Below are positions 58,532-64,000 of a stretch of 64,000 nucleotides of DNA, piece after piece. Source of the stretch: a virus (taxonomy: Duplodnaviria; Caudoviricetes); IMG/VR virus record IMGVR_UViG_3300011678_000001, positions 160,001 to 224,000 of that record. The stretch is one strand, 5' to 3'. Position 1 is the first letter of the stretch. The number at the start of each line of letters is the position of its first letter. Both the position numbers and the translations under genes were made by a program. Under the pieces are notes generated by a model. That model was not told where the DNA came from and ran no database searches. It saw only the letters and a list, made by a program, of their open reading frames with translations.

Positions 58532-59074
58532 TTACGCGTAGTACCCAAGCGAGTAGACTTGGCTGTCCTGCTCGCGGAATCCTTCGAAGTTGGTCAGGCA
58601 AAACCAGTCATCTTTGTTCAGGTTATTCTTCAGAATCTCCAGAAGTTGATGGTAGCCGTTGGGTTTCTTCGTGGAATTGATGAAGTTCACCAGCTCCTCT
58701 AGGAAATCACAGGCTACAGCTTCGCCGAACAGCTCGTGGGCCTCGTCCATCATGTGTTCAGTCAGGGCGAAGTCCTTGATGTCCTCATGCAGCATGACAT
58801 CCACGATGTAGTACGGCGAGCCCAGCAGGTGCATCGCTTCACGATCGTCCTCAGGCAGACGGTGCTTGCTAATGATCCGGTTCATGGCATCAACAAAGCG
58901 ACCGTAGGCCTCAAACCACTCTGCATCAAAGGCGAAGATGAAGTGCTGGTCATCCTCCTCATTACGCGTTAGCCGGTATGTCCAAGGAGCCAGTCGTCTA
59001 GTACTCGATCTTGAAGTCGGAAATGCCATTTTGGAGTAGTGCCTGTTTGACCAGATTCTCGGTGGAATCTGCAA
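58532..59074 (-). CDS. hypothetical acidic protein
   Basis: ORF track; start uncertain. Confidence 0.6.
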   Translation of the reverse strand: MQIPPRIWSNRHYSKMAFPTSRSSTRRLAPWTYRLTRNEEDDQHFIFAFDAEWFEAYGRFVDAMNRIISKHRLPEDDREAMHLLGSPYYIVDVMLHEDIKDFALTEHMMDEAHELFGEAVACDFLEELVNFINSTKKPNGYHQLLEILKNNLNKDDWFCLTNFEGFREQDSQVYSLGYYA

Positions 59075-59387
59075 TGTTGTTTATGGTGATCACAAGCTTA
59101 CGGTCGGTGATCACTTCGATGGTGTCGTTCTTGATCCACGGAATCCCGAGGACTTCGACATCACCGTTGCCGTAGCGCAGCTTGACGTAGTTATACGCAC
59201 TCGCTGACTGGGGCAGGTCGGTCAGGAAGTTCTTGACCTGAGCATGCTTGGCCCGGACATCCCCGAGCAGCATCGCCGTGTCGAGGTCGAGCACCGCCAC
59301 GACCGTCACGTTCTGACGGTTAGCACCCAAGACTGCGGGGGCGGCTGTGTCGAACTTGACGGTGGAGCCGATGAAATTACTGATCAT
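58998..59387 (-). CDS. conserved small protein
   Basis: 129 aa; ATGA overlap with the upstream gene. Confidence 0.7.
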   Translation of the reverse strand: MISNFIGSTVKFDTAAPAVLGANRQNVTVVAVLDLDTAMLLGDVRAKHAQVKNFLTDLPQSASAYNYVKLRYGNGDVEVLGIPWIKNDTIEVITDRKLVITINNIADSTENLVKQALLQNGISDFKIEY

Positions 59388-59689
59388 GAGGAGTGGCCTT
59401 CTTCAAAGGTTAAAATGTACGTCCCATCGGTATCTACCACGTCCACGTCTATCCAGACTCGGTCGGCCAGACTGCTTAGGAAGCGGTCACGGCGCAAACG
59501 AGCCAACCAGTCTGGATCATGCAGGAACTCCTCCGTTAGCACATGGAAGAATGCACGCATGATCAGAGCTCGGACGCACTGGCGTACCGTGGCTGGGAGT
59601 TCCCCGATACAAGGGGTGTCTGGATCGAGGGCGTAATATACCTCAGGGAGCAGGTCTGCGATTGCGTCTGAAGTATTGATGACGATCAT
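59384..59689 (-). CDS. hypothetical protein
   Basis: 101 aa. Confidence 0.65.
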   Translation of the reverse strand: MIVINTSDAIADLLPEVYYALDPDTPCIGELPATVRQCVRALIMRAFFHVLTEEFLHDPDWLARLRRDRFLSSLADRVWIDVDVVDTDGTYILTFEEGHSS

Positions 59690-59698
59690 GTTGATCTC

Positions 59699-60037
59699 TT
59701 AGCGGATCGAGGTCAGAACCAAGGCCCGGTCTTGTTCACTGTAAGCGGCATGCGTGACGCTGCGCCTGTCTAGCCCCTGTGTGGACCGGTCGATGGTACA
59801 ATAGAGGTTAATCATAGCATTGCGTAATGCGATGAAATCCTCGGCGGTCTCTTTAACCTCCGGGGGGAAGAGCTGTGCAACAAATTCATCAACGAAGAGT
59901 TCACCTCGACGACACCAGTCGCCGTACAGACAGTAAATCTCATCGATGTCGTATTGGTGTTCCATCACTTGGGACAGATCACCGAGGAAGGCGGCATGGA
60001 GCGCCTCCCCGTCTAGCAAAATGATTCGTTCAGCCAT
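59699..60037 (-). CDS. hypothetical protein
   Basis: 112 aa. Confidence 0.65.
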   Translation of the reverse strand: MAERIILLDGEALHAAFLGDLSQVMEHQYDIDEIYCLYGDWCRRGELFVDEFVAQLFPPEVKETAEDFIALRNAMINLYCTIDRSTQGLDRRSVTHAAYSEQDRALVLTSIR

Positions 60038-60431
60038 CAGAAATTCTCACTAACACACTGTTGTCAACCGGATCATAACTGACCAGTTCAGTGATTAATG
60101 AGTCCACATCACGGTATCTGCTCAGTTGTCCGGCGAGGTCTTTAAAAAGGTCGATCGCCAAGTCGTAAGCTTCATCCACTTCGACCATTAGGCGAACCAT
60201 TGACGCGTGACCACATCTGTGCCTGTCCATCCAATAACTGAGCACTTCACCATACTCTGCCGCGAGGTTGTTTTTAATCACCCCACGCAGTGAGCACGGT
60301 ATGACTGCCAAAAGCAGTTCAGGTTTTACGGTTGATAACCAGTCGTTTTCGGCTTTTAGGCACAGGGTGAGCGGGAGTTGTACCGGCTCCCAAGGCCAAT
60401 GGGACGATTTCGACGCAGGCAGTATTATCAT
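60030..60431 (-). CDS. hypothetical protein
   Basis: 133 aa; start uncertain. Confidence 0.55.
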   Translation of the reverse strand: MIILPASKSSHWPWEPVQLPLTLCLKAENDWLSTVKPELLLAVIPCSLRGVIKNNLAAEYGEVLSYWMDRHRCGHASMVRLMVEVDEAYDLAIDLFKDLAGQLSRYRDVDSLITELVSYDPVDNSVLVRISDG

Positions 60432-60753
60432 CTTCGTTCACCTCTAAGAGTCGGACAGATTCGCTTTGGTTAACGAGGCGTTCTGTCTGAGCCAGGAGGT
60501 CATCGGTAAGGTCACACAGGATCTTACGAATAAAAAGGCTTTCGACATCGCTCAAACGTCCGTCTGTCATAATCTGGGCAGGAAACCGGTCTTCGCGTTT
60601 GGCCAGCAGGGAGTCAGACAAGTGAGCAAACAACTGATCCAGACTCATGCCGGTGGCCTGCATCACGTTATACACGTTCAGCAAGAACTCGCCATTGGTT
60701 TCCAAGGTGATGATCGCGCGGATTTCGGGAGGCGGCAATGACGACGTCTTCAT
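60319..60753 (-). CDS. hypothetical protein
   Basis: Start placed at MKTSSL; overlaps both neighbours. Confidence 0.5.
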   Translation of the reverse strand: MKTSSLPPPEIRAIITLETNGEFLLNVYNVMQATGMSLDQLFAHLSDSLLAKREDRFPAQIMTDGRLSDVESLFIRKILCDLTDDLLAQTERLVNQSESVRLLEVNEDDNTACVEIVPLALGAGTTPAHPVPKSRKRLVINRKT

Positions 60754-61102
60754 CTGCTTCGCTGTAGCGGACAGCAAGGAGGACGTAGGGCTGTTGAGTG
60801 CGCGTCGCCTGCGTGGCACGACTAGCCCCGTCGTAATCTTTTTCATAGTAGCGCCTTAAATTGGTAAAGACGTCGTGAAACGTCGATTGAATATCGTCAA
60901 GCCACCACCGGATTTCTTCTTCTTCCTCCGGATGGTTCTCTAATAGGTCCTCTATATAAAACGCCTCATCGAATACAAAATACGCGATGGCGGCATAGAG
61001 CATGGCAGAGGCGCCAATACACCCGGCCAATGAATCACCGAGCATATTGAACGCCTGCCTATACGGTAAGGTCAAAGCGATTGAGCTGATTCCAGTCGAC
61101 AA
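60668..61102 (-). CDS. hypothetical acidic protein
   Basis: 144 aa. Confidence 0.55.
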   Translation of the reverse strand: MSTGISSIALTLPYRQAFNMLGDSLAGCIGASAMLYAAIAYFVFDEAFYIEDLLENHPEEEEEIRWWLDDIQSTFHDVFTNLRRYYEKDYDGASRATQATRTQQPYVLLAVRYSEADEDVVIAASRNPRDHHLGNQWRVLAERV

Positions 61103-61544
61103 CTTTTCTCACCTCCAAAACCACTAGGCCATCACAGTACTCTACCGCACGACAGGCCATGTCGAAGTTTTCCAACAGGCCACGGAATGCGGTTTTGAGG
61201 GCGCGCGAGACTTCATGTACATCTGACAGGTGCATCATCCGACGTTCGGGGGATGTCCTTTCAAGCCAACTGCGTCCTGCGGGTGTGGCCAATATTTCCA
61301 TTGACGTGAGCCCACAATTGATCATCTCAATCATGGGGATCATGATCCCAATTTTCCCAAGCTTTCGATAAAAACGCTTAAACACATCATGGCCCATGGG
61401 AGACTCGACCATCACGTACTTGACCATACCGGGACCGGTATTGATCGTGCAGCGTGCAATCTTGTACGGCTCATAAGCTTGAGGATAGCTCTTCGATGGC
61501 TCGGCGTAAACGTTCGGGATAGTAATCACCTTGCGTCCGCGCAT
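61059..61544 (-). CDS. hypothetical protein
   Basis: 161 aa; start uncertain. Confidence 0.55.
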   Translation of the reverse strand: MRGRKVITIPNVYAEPSKSYPQAYEPYKIARCTINTGPGMVKYVMVESPMGHDVFKRFYRKLGKIGIMIPMIEMINCGLTSMEILATPAGRSWLERTSPERRMMHLSDVHEVSRALKTAFRGLLENFDMACRAVEYCDGLVVLEVRKVVDWNQLNRFDLTV

Positions 61545-61908
61545 GCTGATACTCTTCCTTAATTCGACCTACAGGGTCTGGCTGACCCACCCGTCTGGGT
61601 GTGACTACGATGGCTTCACTGTTTGGGTCGTATTGTAGTTCCGCCACCTCGATCCGAGGGTCGACGAAGCGATCAACCAACCCTAGGAAACCTGCAATGA
61701 TAATGTCGAACGGCGAGTAGTCATCCAGGCGTCCGCCGAACAACTCAATCACCACACCAATCAGGTCATCGCCCTGCGACTGGTTATAGCTTTCCACTAA
61801 CGCCTGAACCGTGTCAGGCACTTCTCGTGGGAAGTCAAGGGCATTGTGCGCATCCATGAGCGCCGTGATGGTGTTTTCCAACTCAGAGGTTGACACGAGG
61901 TATTGCAT
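61471..61908 (-). CDS. hypothetical protein
   Basis: 145 aa, GGAGG RBS. Confidence 0.7.
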   Translation of the reverse strand: MQYLVSTSELENTITALMDAHNALDFPREVPDTVQALVESYNQSQGDDLIGVVIELFGGRLDDYSPFDIIIAGFLGLVDRFVDPRIEVAELQYDPNSEAIVVTPRRVGQPDPVGRIKEEYQHARTQGDYYPERLRRAIEELSSSL

Positions 61909-61922
61909 CAGAGCCTCCTACG

Positions 61923-62540
61923 TTAGTAGCGTTTGAGGGCGTCAGCGTAGATCTGCTTGACCATGTCCCGCGTGGGTTCATGAGAGATGCCTTTGAAGGT
62001 CTCAGCCAGGACACGTTGAATGTACTGTTCGTAGACCTCCAGGTCACCTTCCTCAAACGGCTGCACAGGTGGCTTTGGCGGCGTCAGTTGGCGCAATTGC
62101 AGCAAGGCATCGCTGTAACGCTCGGCCAGGATGTCCCCTTCGATGTTGATCAGCAGGTCTTCGGAGTGCTCCGGCAGCTGGAACGTCACCGAACGGCGAT
62201 CCAAGTGTTTGCTCACCGCTTCAACCAACGGATCGAAGAAGAGCACCAGATTCAGGTAGAAGTCATCGACCTCAATGGCCAGGTCATCTACCGCGGTTTC
62301 AGCCATGGTCTTGATGGGGTAGCCTAACGCATCCAGCAACACCAACACCGGGTCTGGCTTCTTGCGCACATGGCGCATGGAGGACAGGATGTATGCCTGA
62401 GCAAACTCACCGGCAGCTTTGGCCAGCGTCTTGGTGCGCTGTGGGCCCTGATCCGCGACGAAATGACCGCGTGGCCAGATAGCCAGCGATCCGTCGAGGT
62501 ATGAAATCAAATCTGATAATGGTATCCGGATTAACTGCAC
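61923..62540 (-). CDS. hypothetical protein
   Basis: 205 aa, AGGAG RBS. Confidence 0.7.
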   Translation of the reverse strand: MQLIRIPLSDLISYLDGSLAIWPRGHFVADQGPQRTKTLAKAAGEFAQAYILSSMRHVRKKPDPVLVLLDALGYPIKTMAETAVDDLAIEVDDFYLNLVLFFDPLVEAVSKHLDRRSVTFQLPEHSEDLLINIEGDILAERYSDALLQLRQLTPPKPPVQPFEEGDLEVYEQYIQRVLAETFKGISHEPTRDMVKQIYADALKRY

Positions 62541-62550
62541 GTGCTCACTC

Positions 62551-62889
62551 CTAATTAAGTGACGTGATCTTGATAATGACTAAGACGTCAGTCGTCATCT
62601 CGATAGCCAGCACGTATTCCCGTAAATGAGAAAGAGTGTGCTCATCAAGTTGGCAGACGAAATTCAGCTCATACCGCTTCTGTAGACGGCGAATCAACTC
62701 GTACTGTCTCTCCAATGAAGCACAGTGTGGCGCCCTCGGAATCAGTGTGAGTCTCCCCACGCTGACCAAATCCGATTCGATCACATACTGCCATGCAAGA
62801 GGCGATAGGTCGTTATCCCTGTCTAGGGTACTGGTAAGAGAAGAAACGTCGAAGATGAAGCCTATAGGGCCTTTAAAATCGATATTCAT
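62551..62889 (-). CDS. hypothetical protein
   Basis: 112 aa, GGAG RBS. Confidence 0.65.
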   Translation of the reverse strand: MNIDFKGPIGFIFDVSSLTSTLDRDNDLSPLAWQYVIESDLVSVGRLTLIPRAPHCASLERQYELIRRLQKRYELNFVCQLDEHTLSHLREYVLAIEMTTDVLVIIKITSLN

Positions 62890-62991
62890 GGCTCCCCCTA
62901 CACAATACGGCCTTGCGGTATCTTTTTACCCGGTTACAGGCGTAAAAAATAAAGCCAGGAGACGAGGTGATCGTCTCCTTTATGCCGTCGC

Positions 62992-63225
62992 TTAACTGAA
63001 GCTGGGGAAGCCATCATCGCCGGCCGGATTGATCTTATTCAAAGCGGGACCGTGCTTGTTATAATCGTAGCTCTCCTCTGGAAATTCATGGTGCCAATCG
63101 CCTGTGACGCAGCGATGACACTTATAACCCGGTGAGGTTTGCGGGGTGCTGTGAATCGAGTCGCAATTCGAGCAGCATTCACATTCAAATACATGCATTT
63201 GTTTGTTCCTTAAAGGTAATTCCAA
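62992..63225 (-). CDS. small Zn-ribbon protein
   Basis: CECCSNC...CHRC; likely start at the internal MHVF after AAGGA. Confidence 0.6.
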   Translation of the reverse strand: MELPLRNKQMHVFECECCSNCDSIHSTPQTSPGYKCHRCVTGDWHHEFPEESYDYNKHGPALNKINPAGDDGFPSFS

Positions 63226-63947
63226 TCCGGTCTGTTTTCAGACTTAAGACGGTAAGCTATTGTTGATTCACCTAGTCCAAGTATTTTAGCCGCAGTAGCT
63301 ATACTCGGGTAGGACACACCTTCAATTACAATTGCCTTTTGGCACGTTTCTAACTGTCTGGCTCTTGCCGTAGGTGTGAAATGAACTTCGCGGCGGGCAT
63401 TTGCCTCATTCATCTTCTGGCGCGTCTCGGGACTGATTCCTCCATTGCGGTGCCATGCTTCTGACATCTTCCGACGAGTTTCTTCGGAGGCAGGGCCTTG
63501 AGCAGCACGTGCCTTTGCCATATTGGCAATCACCTGTTCTCTAGGGCGGGCAAAGTTCATCTGCCTAACACGTTCGACATTTTGAGGCTGTAGAGCAAAC
63601 CTGCGAGACGCCTCTATTAAATGGTGCCGGTATTCTTCAGGCATGCCGCCTGCCCACACGCCTGTAGACCCTGTCCCTATATTAGCAAACAATGGGTCGC
63701 CTGCGTGGAAATCGAGCAGTGATTGCTCGTGACGACGTGCTGAATCTAATGTCGAATATTCTACATACTCGATCTGGATGTTGTGCCAGCCGGAGTAAGA
63801 CCGTTGAAAAATATGGTTATCGTGGACTCCCCTATTTAACTTCGATCTATGGCTGCTAAGTCTGGCACTAAGATTACCTGTACTTCCGACATAGAACATT
63901 CCCGTCACTACGTCAGTTAAGACGTACGCAGCAGGAATGCTACGCAC
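63210..63947 (-). CDS. free-standing GIY-YIG homing endonuclease
   Basis: AYVL...FYVGSTGNLSARLSSH; SEETRRKMS repeats; C-terminal YPSIATAA HTH. Confidence 0.85.
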   Translation of the reverse strand: MRSIPAAYVLTDVVTGMFYVGSTGNLSARLSSHRSKLNRGVHDNHIFQRSYSGWHNIQIEYVEYSTLDSARRHEQSLLDFHAGDPLFANIGTGSTGVWAGGMPEEYRHHLIEASRRFALQPQNVERVRQMNFARPREQVIANMAKARAAQGPASEETRRKMSEAWHRNGGISPETRQKMNEANARREVHFTPTARARQLETCQKAIVIEGVSYPSIATAAKILGLGESTIAYRLKSENRPDWNYL

Positions 63948-64000
63948 CGTTTACTCCAAAAATCGAACACATATTAAGTTACTCCAAGAGGAAGGGATTG

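Overview
A 64-kb segment of a phiKZ-like, nucleus-forming jumbo phage (Chimalliviridae-type). All calls come from motif reading, hand base-pairing and recalled gene order; no searches were run. Read right to left on the minus strand, the window holds: a block of small acidic ORFs, the polymerase-domain half of a split family-B DNA polymerase, chimallin, a non-virion RNAP (nvRNAP) beta'-N subunit whose NADFDG|D catalytic motif is split by an HNH-carrying group I intron, an SbcD-like nuclease, ChmC-like, gp68-like and PicA/Imp1-like genes, nvRNAP beta and beta'-C subunits, an SF2 helicase, a virion RNAP (vRNAP) beta'-M subunit, an accessory region, the exonuclease/motif-A half of the polymerase, and head/baseplate genes. 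The most unusual signal is in the accessory region. Two stretches without a credible ORF (15455-16003 and 17043-17788) fold on the minus strand into tandem stem-closed RNA units with short CC-containing linkers. They include two remodelled tRNA-like molecules and units sharing a CUUCAGCA loop and anti-SD-like C-rich loops, and they sit downstream of Tyw3-like, macrodomain and CX5R-phosphatase genes. Other notable points are a probable -1 programmed frameshift at 20377-20385, a 978-aa Trp-rich repeat protein, an internally deleted homing endonuclease and an 8-copy early-promoter motif.
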